A DNA stretch of 62,915 bases, filler included, from Nemertoderma westbladi (GCA_032718475.1; 3 parts of 3 records of this genome joined end to end with filler, not necessarily neighbours in it), one strand, 5' to 3'. Positions 1 to 10,561 are shown, counted from the whole stretch's first letter. Numbers and translations: made by a program. The notes: generated from the letters alone by a model not told the origin.

Positions 1-608
1 GATACTAATATCAATGCAATAGCAGTACGGTAAGTTGACTTCACTACAATTGATTATATTAGCCAGTTTGCTAATATAATATTAATATTATTTAATATTT
101 AATTTATTTAATTGCTCTAAAAGACACCGACGAAATATTATAAAATTAACAGATTCAAAATCAGGTTGATTGAAATTCTCGATAAATGCTATAATTTGGT
201 CTGGGCATTTTTTATAATATATATAGCATTATTATAAATAGTATTACTAATTTATTTAGTAATTTTAAGAAAAAGACACGAGCAAAATATTTTAAAAATA
301 TCAGGGTCGGAACCAGGGTGTTGAAGTATGAAATCAGTTAGTTTGGGCATTTTTATTTTATAAAACGTTGGTTCAGCCCCACCGTGCCACCCTCCACCCC
401 ATTTTTGTGCAAGGAAACAACACTTATAATGCTCTCTGACATGTCTGGTGTGTTTCAAAAGTCACTGGGATTGAACAATTGCAATTGGAATACATCTTCA
501 TGGGGTTTTCTTTGTAATTAAGTAGAGCTTTAAAAGTTCAATATTAAATTTTTTATTAAATAATACTTTTTTGTTTTTTTTTGTTAATTTGAGTATTCTG
601 AACACTCG

Positions 609-682
609 TATTAACTCAGGGTCCTCACACGTTAATTCAGGGCCACCCTTGTTAGCTCAGGGTCCACCCTTGTTAATTCAGA
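609..682. repeat. Short degenerate ~21-bp tandem repeat (gttaattcagggccaccctt), ~4 copies
   Basis: Units directly visible. Confidence 0.7.
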
Positions 683-789
683 ACCATCTCTATTACCTCA
701 AAAAAATCGAATGAATTTTTTTATATCATAAGGTTTTCTAAGGTGTTGAATTGATTGAAAATGGTTTTAAATAAGTTGCTTGTATATAC

Positions 790-1396
790 AATCCGGATCA
801 TGGATCCGGAAGTCAGGTGAGGACCTTCGAATACGTAAGGGAAAGGCATGGGCAGCCTTGAATAGGCTTTCCAGGATTTGGAAGTCACCGAGAATTAAGC
901 GGAAACTTAAGGTCCGGTTATTTAGAGCAGCAGTAGTTCCAGTACTCCTCTATGGGAGTCCATGCTGGGCTCTAACTGCTGAGGACACCAAATCTCTGGA
1001 TGGCACATTCACAAGAATGCTACGCCGGGTTCATTGTGTCAAGTTCAATGCACACATCTCCAACCAGACACTATATAACATTGGAGGTGTCTTATTGGTT
1101 CCCCCAAGCTTGACACTAGAACAAAATCGCCTCCGCTTTGCAGGACATTGCTTTCGCCATGAGGACCAGCCAGTGCATAATCTTGTACTTTGGCAGCCTC
1201 ATGGAGTGAATAAGCATGGTGGACAGCCCATGACTTTCTTGAGACGCATCTTAAAGGACACTGGCCTTGAAGATGCGGATGATCTTTCAAATGTCATGGG
1301 TGATAGGGAGTTGTGGCGGTGCAATTTTGTCGATAAGCCGGCACAGCATTCTTAAAAATGCAGCTGCAATGCAGCATGCCGATCCTAGTAGTAGTA
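790..1396 (+). mobile_element. 5'-truncated RTE-like non-LTR retrotransposon (C-terminal, post-RT region)
   Basis: ORF 780-1355 has GSWI..KAWAAL, LFRAAVVPVLLYG, RLRFAGHC, LVLWQP, colinear with the C-terminus of the element at 2491-4754; ends in a (TAG)n tail at 1386-1396. Confidence 0.9.
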
Positions 1397-1419
1397 ATAC
1401 CATTTTGTGTGATGTGTTA

Positions 1420-1872
1420 TGTTACCAATTTCAGACGCGGGTTACCAATTTCAGTCCCCGATTACCAATTCAAGTGACTGGTTACCAATTTCAGTCCCCG
1501 GTTACCAATTTCAGTCCGTGATTACCAATTCAAGTGACTGGTTACCAATTTCAGTCACTGGTTTCCAATTCAGTTTCTGGTTTCAAATTTCAGTCCCCGG
1601 TTACCGATTTCAGTTTCTGATTTCCAATTTCAGTCCCAGGTTACCAATTTCAGTCACTGGTTACAAATTTCAGTCACTGGTTACCAATTTCAGTCGCCGG
1701 TTACCAATTTCAGTCCCAGGTTACCAATTTCAGTCACCGGTTACAAATTTCAGTCACTGGTTACCAATTTCAGTCGCCAGTTACCAATTTTAGTCCCCGG
1801 TTACTAATTTCAGTTTCCAATCTCTAGTTACCAATTCAATTTCCGGTTACCAATTTCAGACCCCAGTTACCC
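1420..1872. repeat. 20-bp minisatellite (ggttaccaatttcagtcccc/actg), ~22 copies
   Basis: Units directly visible; explains ORFs 1267-1521 and 1419-1793. Confidence 0.95.
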
Positions 1873-2490
1873 AACCCCAGCTATAGTATATGGTTACCCC
1901 GACCCTTCCACCCCAAAATACCAACCCCCCCCCCCCCCCCACCCCCACCAAAAAATGTTTCATTTAAAATATATTTACAATAACTAATTGTTGTGGAATA
2001 CTATATATATTATTATTGATGACTACTGATTCGTATGCATGGTTGAAATTTTGCACATAATTTCAAGAAGAATTCACTTTAGTGCAAAGAATTATAATTT
2101 ATATAATGTTCTCTGGTATCTCTGGTGTGTTCCAAAAGACCTCCACTTCCACCAGCTTAGGGTTATGTGTTACTTCCACAAATAATAATACACAAGTAAT
2201 ATAAATTGGGGGGGGTCTATGCGCCTGTCGATTTATACGAATCGACAGGCGCAACAAAAGTATTTGGAATATTATGCCCATGTATACTAATATATGTAAG
2301 CCTTCAAGTATAAACAAAACTGACCTTAACAAAATCAAGGTAGGCATTTGTTATTTTCCATCAGCAACATGGGCTTTAACTTTTACCTTTAGCATGGGAT
2401 TAATAATACTGTAATATTCTAGAACAATACCACATGGCCAACGCCGTCGGCCATGCACTCGCACGGCGCAAATGCTCTATTTGCGCTCTC

Positions 2491-4754
2491 CACCTGGATT
2501 ACATCCTTATAAACAAAAAGTGGAGAAACAGCATGGTCAACTGCGAGGCATACATCTCGTTCAACCTAATTGGTTCGGACCACAGAATTGTGACTGTAGA
2601 GATAAGACTCAGTTTGAGAGCCATCAAACCCAGGACAAGCAAGCAAATCAACTATGACTGGGAGAAACTCAGAACTGACAATGCTGTAAAGGATGCTTAT
2701 ACAGTAGAAGTTCAAAACCGCTTTGAAGCACTTTAGTCAATGGATGAAGACCAATCCACCGATTCAATATACCACAATATAATAACAGCCCACAAGGAAT
2801 CAGCTAAGAGGCATATACCCCAGAAACCCAAACGAAAACAGTATGTGCCATGGCAAAACTCCGAGGTTACTTGTAAGAGAGAAGATCTCAAGATAGCCTA
2901 CAAAGATAAAACCAAACAACCAACAACTGAAAACATTAACAAGGTTGAGAAAGCTAAGGACGATCTTAAATTGGCGTACAACATCAGCCAGGAAAAGTAC
3001 ATACAGGATAAAACTGAAGTAATTACAACTGCTCACATACAGCAACAATCAAGACTTACCTGGCAAACTGTAAATGAGGTATCTGGTCGGAAAAGTTGTG
3101 CAAAGGGGCGCCTCCAGGCCGATAGTCCTGAAGAACGTGTTGGGAAGTGGAAAAATCACTTCAGCAACTTGCTTGGGCAGCCACCAAACATCGACGTCAG
3201 CCCTACAAGGAAAATATATGACAAGACACTACCTATAGAAACAGGGGACTTCACACCTGCCGAACTCCAAAGAAGCATTAAAAGCATGTCCAATAATAAA
3301 GCGAGTGGATTAGATGAAATCCCAGCGGAGGTATGGAAAACCGGAGTGCTAAACAGACCATTATTGAATGTTTGCAACCGGATGTTAAAAGGGGAAAAGC
3401 CACCACCAATTTGGACTAAAGGTCAACTAAAGCCTCTCCCCAAGAAAGGAGACCTCGGCATACCAACAAACTATTGTGGGATCTGTCTGCTTGTGGTAGC
3501 AGCCAAAATATACAATAAAATGATTCTATATAGGATAAGGCCTCACATAGAGAAACTACTGCGTAAGAGACAAAACGGATTTCGACCAAGTAGATCAACA
3601 ATAGCTCAGATACTTGCACTACGGAGACCGATTGAAGGAATTAAGTCAAAGAATCTCCCCGCAGTCATGACTTTTGTGGACTTCAAGAAGGCATTCGACT
3701 CCATCCATAGAGGTAAACTGCTTGAAATCCTAAGAGCTTATGGAATACCAGAAGTAATTGTTGCTGGCATTGGATTGTTATATTGTGACACAGAAGCGCA
3801 GGTACTCTCACCAGATGGTGAAACTGAGTTTTTCTCAATCCTGGCTGGCGTACTGCAAGGTGACACATTAGCACCATTACTATTTGTAATTGTGCTGGAT
3901 TACGCAATGAGGACGGCCACAAAGGGTGAAGATCTGGGATTCACACTTCAAGAACGCAGAAGTAGTAGATATCCGGCAACTTCAGTCACAGACACCGACT
4001 TTGCGGATGACATCGCCCTGCTCTCTAATACGCTAGCAGATGCACAGCTTCTACTAAATAAAGTGGAGAGGGCTGCTAAGGAGGTTGGATTGCATATAAA
4101 TGCTACAAAGACCGAATTCATGACCTTTAATGTTGATGGGAACTTGACAACCATTGATAATAATCAACTAAGGAAGGTCGATGACTTCCAGTACCTTGGA
4201 TCATGGATAGAGAGTAGCAAAAAGGACATAGAAGTTAGGAAAGCAAAGGCTTGGGTAGCTCTATAAAAAATGGATACCATCTGGAAATCAGATCTCTCCA
4301 GGCACCTGAAGACTAAGTTCTTTCGAGCCACAGTGGAAAGTGTATTTTTATACGGGGGTGAGACCTGGACACTGACCAAATCACTTGAACAACGAATTGA
4401 TGGTTGCTACACAAGACTACTAAGGGCAGCCCTAAACATCAGCTGGAGACAACACATGACAAACGCCGAGCTTTATGGTACAATACCACCTGTATCAACC
4501 ACCCTCCGTGAACGCAGATTAAGATTCAGTGGGCACTGCTGGCGAAGTAAAGACGAGGTCATAGCAGATCTACTTTTCTGGCAACCAACTCATGGAAAGC
4601 GTAGTCGTGGACGACCGGCCATAACATATGTAGATCAACTTGAAATGCATACTGAACTTGGGAGAAACGAAATTGCGACAACTATGGAGAATCGGGAAGC
4701 CTGGAAGGATCTCATTTCCACTGTCCGAGTTCGCTCGACCTAGTAGTAGTAGTA
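2491..4754 (+). mobile_element. RTE-like LINE, 5'-truncated and inactivated (end of APE endonuclease, RT, C-terminus)
   Basis: LDYIL and GSDH (APE), QNGFRP, FVDFKKAFDS, GVLQGDTLAP, FADD; a single reading frame broken by stops at 2734-2736 and 4264-4266; (TAG)n tail 4741-4754. Confidence 0.95.
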
Positions 4755-5075
4755 CTTTTGGGTATATCACTAACATTAATAATAAAATAAACATTGCAGT
4801 CGCGAGCGGAGTTATGGCTGATTCTAAGAAGGTTATTGTTTCCATGAGAGATTCACTTTTACTCACAAGGAATGAACTGCTTACAATTTCATGGCTCGAT
4901 TCATCTAACGATGACCCTGCATGCATCTCTCACGAAGAGGTTGACTATGAAGAAATAATTTCAGAACGAATAAAGATTTATACTGCCTATAACTGTGACA
5001 CATTAGAAATTTCCAATAAACGCTATGTCTATGCATTCTCTATTGATGATACAGATTGCACGCGGGAAGCACTTT
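4753..5075 (+). repeat. Arm 1 of a ~320-bp inverted duplication (partner 6067-6389)
   Basis: Near-identical reverse complement; same peptide STFGYITNINN...REAL in ORFs 4640-5152 (+) and 6044-6562 (-). Confidence 0.95.
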
Positions 5076-5593
5076 CCAAACTACAATCACTAACTAATGA
5101 GAATGATTACTTACCAAAGCAACTAACACTTCCTAGTCACCGGTGTCTATGAAAGGAGAGCCACCACAAAGTCAGAAAAGTTGGTTATTAATTGTCGAGA
5201 TCCTATTATGTGGAACTCTCGTACAGTATTTGCACGCGCAGGACGAAGCTGATGAAATTTATTTGTTTGTTTGACTTCCTTCTTATGTTATTATTAGGAC
5301 TATTTATCCGCAATAATTATTACTATTAGGTCTATTTATTCATGAAATTTCTATAATATATTTCAGAAAATTACTCGCCTAAGAAATATTTTTTAAAACT
5401 TTAAATAAGGGTTAAGTTATATTGTAAAGTTAAGAAGAGCGAACCCAAGGACTAGTCTCTTGGCTCATAAGACAGCGCACTATCTCCCAAATGTAGATAT
5501 ACTCACTCATCAAGTTATCCAATGCAAACCAGATTCCCCTTCAGCATCTAAAGAATGGCTTTAGCCTGTACTGTTAAACCTCAATACTATACC

Positions 5594-5724
5594 ACCCTCA
5601 CCCTCGCCCTCGCCCTCGCCCTCGCCCTCGCCCTCGCCCTCGCCCTCGCCCTCGCCCTCGCCCTCGCCCTCGCCCTCGCCCTCGCCCTCGCCCTCGCCCT
5701 CGCCCTCGCCCTCGCCCTCAGCCT

Positions 5725-5823
<99 letters not shown>

Positions 5824-5830
5824 CCCCCCC

Positions 5831-5867
<37 letters not shown>

Positions 5868-5944
5868 CCTTGCCCTCGCCCTCACCCTCACCCTCAGACT
5901 CACCCCCACCCTCACCCTCAGCCTCACCCTCAGCCTCACCCTCT

Positions 5945-6039
<95 letters not shown>

Positions 6040-6059
6040 GCCCTCACCCTCGCCCTCGC
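5594..6059. repeat. Hexamer microsatellite (CCCTCG)n then (CCCTCA)n, i.e. (TGAGGG)n on the minus strand
   Basis: Directly visible, ~77 units. Confidence 0.98.
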
Positions 6060-6066
6060 GCGCGTG

Positions 6067-7037
6067 CAAGTGCTTCCCGCGCGCAATCTGTATCATCAAT
6101 AGAGAATGCATAGACATAGCGTTGATCGGAAATTTCTAATGTGTCACAGTTATAGTCAGTATAAATCTTTATTCGTTCTGAAATTATTTCTTCATAGTCA
6201 ACCTCTTCGTGAGAGATGCATGCAGGGTCTTCTTTAGATGAATCGAGCCATGAAATTTTAAGCAGTTCATTCCTTGTGAGTAAAAGTGAATCTCTCATGG
6301 AAACAATAACCTTCTTAGAATCAGCCCTAACTCCGATCGCGACTGCAATGTTTATTTTATTATTAATGTTAGTGATATACCCAAAAGTAGAATCATTGAA
6401 AGAAATATATTTATTTGATACTAAATTAGTAAGTGAAATTGGCTTGAGGCAAGATCGACAAATATTTAAATAATGTTGTAGTAGAGCAGCTGTAGTGTCT
6501 GAGATGGTTACCCAGGTCCCCTCTTCTATATCTTCGAGTTTTATTAAATCGATTGCTTTCAAGAGGGAAGTTTTCGAATAACGAGCAACCCTGTAATTGA
6601 AGCCAAAATAATAAGTTTTTCTGTTGCTATAGAAACTAGTTATTTAATTTAAATGCTCAATAACAGTTACTACATCATATCCAAACATCTTGAAGAAACG
6701 ACTTTCATCCTGAATGATGTGAATCGAGGCATTCCAAATGAGAAGTAGAATGGAGTTTGAAACATTATGAAAATCAAACAGACACTCCAGCAAAAAAGGA
6801 AGCTTTGAGAGTTGACATATCAAGGAGCTTGTTCGCAGATTCTTGTGTTACATTGTCGTGGATATATTCAACAATCGTTGGAGGTATTACAATTGTTTCT
6901 GATGAGGTTGTTAGATTAAACATTATTTTGTTCTTCATTTTTTTAAGTTTGAAACCGTGGTTGGAGGAATTAAGTTTATTATCATAGTTTGTTCTTTTCT
7001 TTGGTAGTGTCCATCGTGAAGATTGTAGCAGGCACGG
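6067..7037 (-). pseudogene. Decayed intronless ORF of unknown family (includes arm 2 of the inverted duplication)
   Basis: ORFs 6774-7061 and 6044-6562 can be joined across one frameshift (~6775) and one stop (~6645). Confidence 0.4.
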
Positions 7038-8351
7038 TGTTGGCGTTATTCCCGACACCATGGGGGAAAAACGCCGATGCTGGAGGCGGAATTTTCAGAC
7101 CACCGGATTTCGGCCAGTCACCGGATATTGGGAGTGGAGAAGGAGTACTTTCTTAAATGCAAGATTGCGATTGAGAAAACGTTGCATTGGTTGGATATAA
7201 TCTTTTAATGTAACCTTGATCGAATCTCATTGAATCTTGAACATTGAACGCCAAATAATGTAGCCTTTTCTACAGTTGAGCCCTGATTGAGAATAAGTTG
7301 GGCTTCCCCACACCAATATACACCAAATATTCACAATAATATACGACAATTTATATTCCTACAGTACATTATTTAATTACCCACTGTTCGCTTTAGATTT
7401 TAACCTAACTAATGTTCCCCATTTTCCCTCGGTCCTAGTCTCGGTACCATAGTGTCGGTGTCGGTCGACCCTGTTGCGTGTCCGTCCCACCCTTCCCGAA
7501 CCCTGAAGGGATCGGTCATCAGGAAAGTGGTACGGCTTGGTTAAGGGTCGGTAAGTCGGTAGACCCGGTTGCGTATCCGTCCCACCCTTCCCGAACCCCG
7601 AAGGGATCGGTCATCAGGAAAGCAGTATGGCTTGGCTAGAGGTCTGTCGAGTCGGTGGACCCGTTTGCTTGTCCGTCCCACCCTTCCCGAACCCCGAAGG
7701 GATCGGTCATCAGGAAAGCGGTACGGCTTGGCTAGGGGTCCGTCGGTTCATCACAGGGACCCAACCACCTAAGCTTTCCGAATCCTTTTCAGGCTCGTAA
7801 TCGCTTCAGTAGCCGAGAAGCTGCTCCGAACTGTCGGTAGGCCAGTGGAGTCTGGTCCTTTGTCTTTCGACCCCGTTGCGTGTCTGTCCCACCCTTCCCG
7901 AACCCCGAAGGGATTGGTCATCAGGAAAGCGGTACGGCTTGGCAAGGGGTCTGTCAGCCCGTCGTGAGTCCCAACTGTTGGTAGTTTTCCGAGTCCTTGT
8001 TCAGGCTCGTACTATCGCCGGTCGTGGAACCCACTCCAGGAAGGCAGTCCTCGTTGAACCCTTCCTCCGTTTAGTCGGTCAACCCGTCGCAAGTCCCTGG
8101 CATAGTCGGCAAGCTTTCCGAGTCCATATTCAGGCTCGTAATAACTGCCGGTGACCAGGGACCTCTAAGGATCTGTCTGTCGATTCCCGTCGCAAATCCC
8201 TGACACAATCAGCAGACTTTCCGAGTCCTTATTCAGGCTCGTAATAACTGCTGTTGGCCAGGGACCGCTAAGGGCAGTCCTTGTCCCTAGGCCTAGCGAG
8301 TTACCAAATCCACCTCTACAGGCAGCAGGAAGTTGGCTAGGCCTAATAGTA
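7038..8351 (-). repeat. 3' LTR (region shared with 17914-19253)
   Basis: Direct repeat; ends ...GCCAACA on the minus strand at 7038; true LTR start uncertain. Confidence 0.85.
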
Positions 8352-9808
8352 AGTTGCATAGGGTCTTGTGGAAGCCAAGTACCGGAGCCAAGTGGGGTGG
8401 ATACGCCTGCTTCCGTCGCAGGTTCGGCCGAGGCGACCCGTTTGGCGGCCGGTTCGTAAGCGACTTCCGGATCAAGTTGTCGCTTTGGGGTGGACAGCAG
8501 AACACCTTCCTGTAGCCATAATTCTTCCCCATCCGAAGATATCAGTGGTTCCTCTGCACCGAGGAGATCAACAATCGTAGGGATGTCGAACGGTCCATTA
8601 TCGTCCCAAGATGCGATGACGTGGAGCGTTTTCGTATCTCCCGGTGGAATGTTCTCTACCGCTTTGAACGCGTGGTCGATAACTTCGTTCCACTCATAGT
8701 CGATAAAGGATCTAGGAACCGCATTAATGAGATTATCGAGAGTCTTGCAGATGAACTTGGCAACTGTATATGATTCCATTACGACGTAGATATAGTTCCG
8801 TCGATCCGGATTCTCCCACTTGTGGTGGATCGTCCACTTTCTTTCTACGTCTTTCCAACGACTCTTTCGCTCACTCTTTATCTCTAATTCCGGGTAAGCA
8901 CCATATATCTTATTATAATCCAGGAATTTCTGAGGTTTAAAGTCTATACCGCCATTCAGCACCGCGAGGTAGCCGATACCGGATTTCGTTGGTCTCACCT
9001 CCCGGAATCCACGCATGAATTCTGTGGATCGCAACCAGGCTAACAGTGTTTGGGTGTTGATGCAATGACTAATGGCATTGAGATCTTCTCGACGGTTTCT
9101 TCCGAAAGGAGCGTTAGCGTAGTCGTTTCGGACGTCCGCCTTTATATCCGACCCAATTTTAATGACATCGAAATCAAATAGGATCTGTTGGATCTCCGGT
9201 GGTAATAGCCAGATCGCTCCGGCTGTCCGCACCTCCTGTTTGGGTGTCGGGAATATTCGACATATCAACACCAGACCATCTAGGGTTCCGAGGACGATGA
9301 CCAATGATCGACCATATTCCTTCGTCCCATACTTCTCCTGGTAGTCGTCGCGATTCTGGATAACTGATATACGTTCCTCTCGCAGCGTCGCTGTACACTC
9401 CTCTAGGTTTCCCCAGTGGGTGAGGTACGTACTCTTGTCGTCGACGAAACTTTGGCATTGCGCCAATGTAATCGCTTTCGAAGTGGGCGTCAAGTTTCCC
9501 TCGTTGTCATATATCAAACATCGGGATTTGTAGACGCTTTGCTGGAACGTGTCCCAGAATGACAACTCCACTCCTCCGGTTGCCTTTGCGTTCCGAGTTC
9601 TTTTCAGGCTCGTAATAGCATCGGTCAACCGGAGCTCTCGTAGATTATGGGAATCCGGTCCCTCTCGCCCGGAGAATTTAATGATTTGCATATTCTCGGT
9701 TATTAGGGCGTCCCATTCTGTATCAAAGTTAGGAGATCCAGGCTGTGGATATTCCAGTAAATCTAGTGTATTACGTAATTCGCCGAGGATTTGGCGATTT
9801 GGGTCCAT
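8165..9808 (-). CDS. Accessory ORF2, 547 aa, with a WRN/EXD-like DEDDy 3'-5' exonuclease-fold domain (about aa 125-355)
   Basis: Uninterrupted ATG ORF; LPPEIQQILFDFDVIKIGSDIKAD resembles WRN-exo Exo II region; SGIGYLAVLNGGIDFKP and W..P....IYVVMESY resemble the Exo III region. Confidence 0.7.
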   Translation of the reverse strand: MDPNRQILGELRNTLDLLEYPQPGSPNFDTEWDALITENMQIIKFSGREGPDSHNLRELRLTDAITSLKRTRNAKATGGVELSFWDTFQQSVYKSRCLIYDNEGNLTPTSKAITLAQCQSFVDDKSTYLTHWGNLEECTATLREERISVIQNRDDYQEKYGTKEYGRSLVIVLGTLDGLVLICRIFPTPKQEVRTAGAIWLLPPEIQQILFDFDVIKIGSDIKADVRNDYANAPFGRNRREDLNAISHCINTQTLLAWLRSTEFMRGFREVRPTKSGIGYLAVLNGGIDFKPQKFLDYNKIYGAYPELEIKSERKSRWKDVERKWTIHHKWENPDRRNYIYVVMESYTVAKFICKTLDNLINAVPRSFIDYEWNEVIDHAFKAVENIPPGDTKTLHVIASWDDNGPFDIPTIVDLLGAEEPLISSDGEELWLQEGVLLSTPKRQLDPEVAYEPAAKRVASAEPATEAGVSTPLGSGTWLPQDPMQLTIRPSQLPAACRGGFGNSLGLGTRTALSGPWPTAVITSLNKDSESLLIVSGICDGNRQTDP

Positions 9809-10348
9809 ATTTTCCGTTGCAAATTTAAATCAGTTAATTATAAATCCAGAAAGTCTGATTCTATAGTGACTGCAGAATAATTCAGTTTATTTGTAATTCA
9901 GTTTACTAATTATTATTGCTATATAGGCATCTACCATCTTATTGCTACTACATTCAGTATTTACAGTTACTATAGCTATACATTAATATCCAACCAGTTT
10001 TTGACTTTTTATTTCCTCTTCTTTTTCCAATTCTTTTCTTTTCTACATTTTATACATTTTTTTGTCTTTTTTCATTTCTCATTTATTATTTATTATTCAT
10101 TTCACATTTCATTATTTCATCGCATTTCATCATTTATTTCCACCATTTCATTTATTTCCACATTTCATTGGGGTTATAGCCCCCTGGCTATCATCATTTG
10201 TTATAAGCGCAGCACCAGGGTGCGCATCATTACATTTTCATCATCATACGCATCATCATTCAGTTTATAGTAGGGTTGTCTGTTTCTTTTCATCATTTCC
10301 AACTACATTCAATCATCTTCTTTGGGAAATTTTCATTGTGGAAGGGGT

Positions 10349-10417
10349 GTTACGCGGCAATCTGGGATCTACAGCTGGGCTAGCTACACCGCCTACGCCC
10401 CAAACTGCACACGTAAC
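10349..10417 (-). promoter_or_regulatory. Structured RNA hairpin copy A, loop palindrome GCTAGC (10379-10384)
   Basis: Long stem; covaries with copy B. Confidence 0.7.
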
Positions 10418-10492
10418 GGACAATGAAGACAATGGAAGTGAAGTCACGTGGAATGCACCAGGGACCCACCAGAATAACGGGATAGAGGGGGT

Positions 10493-10561
10493 GTTGCGCG
10501 GCAATCCAGGATCTACAGCTGGACTAGTTACACCGCCTACGCCCCGAAGTGCTCACGCAAC
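10493..10561 (-). promoter_or_regulatory. Structured RNA hairpin copy B, loop palindrome ACTAGT (10523-10528)
   Basis: Long stem; covaries with copy A. Confidence 0.7.

Noticed and set aside
5438-5490. tRNA or tRNA-derived SINE head on the minus strand
   Set aside because: Only a partial anticodon/T-arm resemblance (GGTTCG); no acceptor stem
5555-6139. LA/LT/PS, GE and RV dipeptide proteins
   Set aside because: Translations of a hexamer microsatellite
8165-9808. Envelope gene
   Set aside because: No signal peptide, furin site with fusion peptide, or C-terminal TM anchor evident
10349-10561. HDV-like or twister ribozyme
   Set aside because: A pseudoknot can be drawn, but HDV L3/P1.1/J4-2 and twister core residues are missing; a simple long hairpin on the minus strand explains the substitutions better
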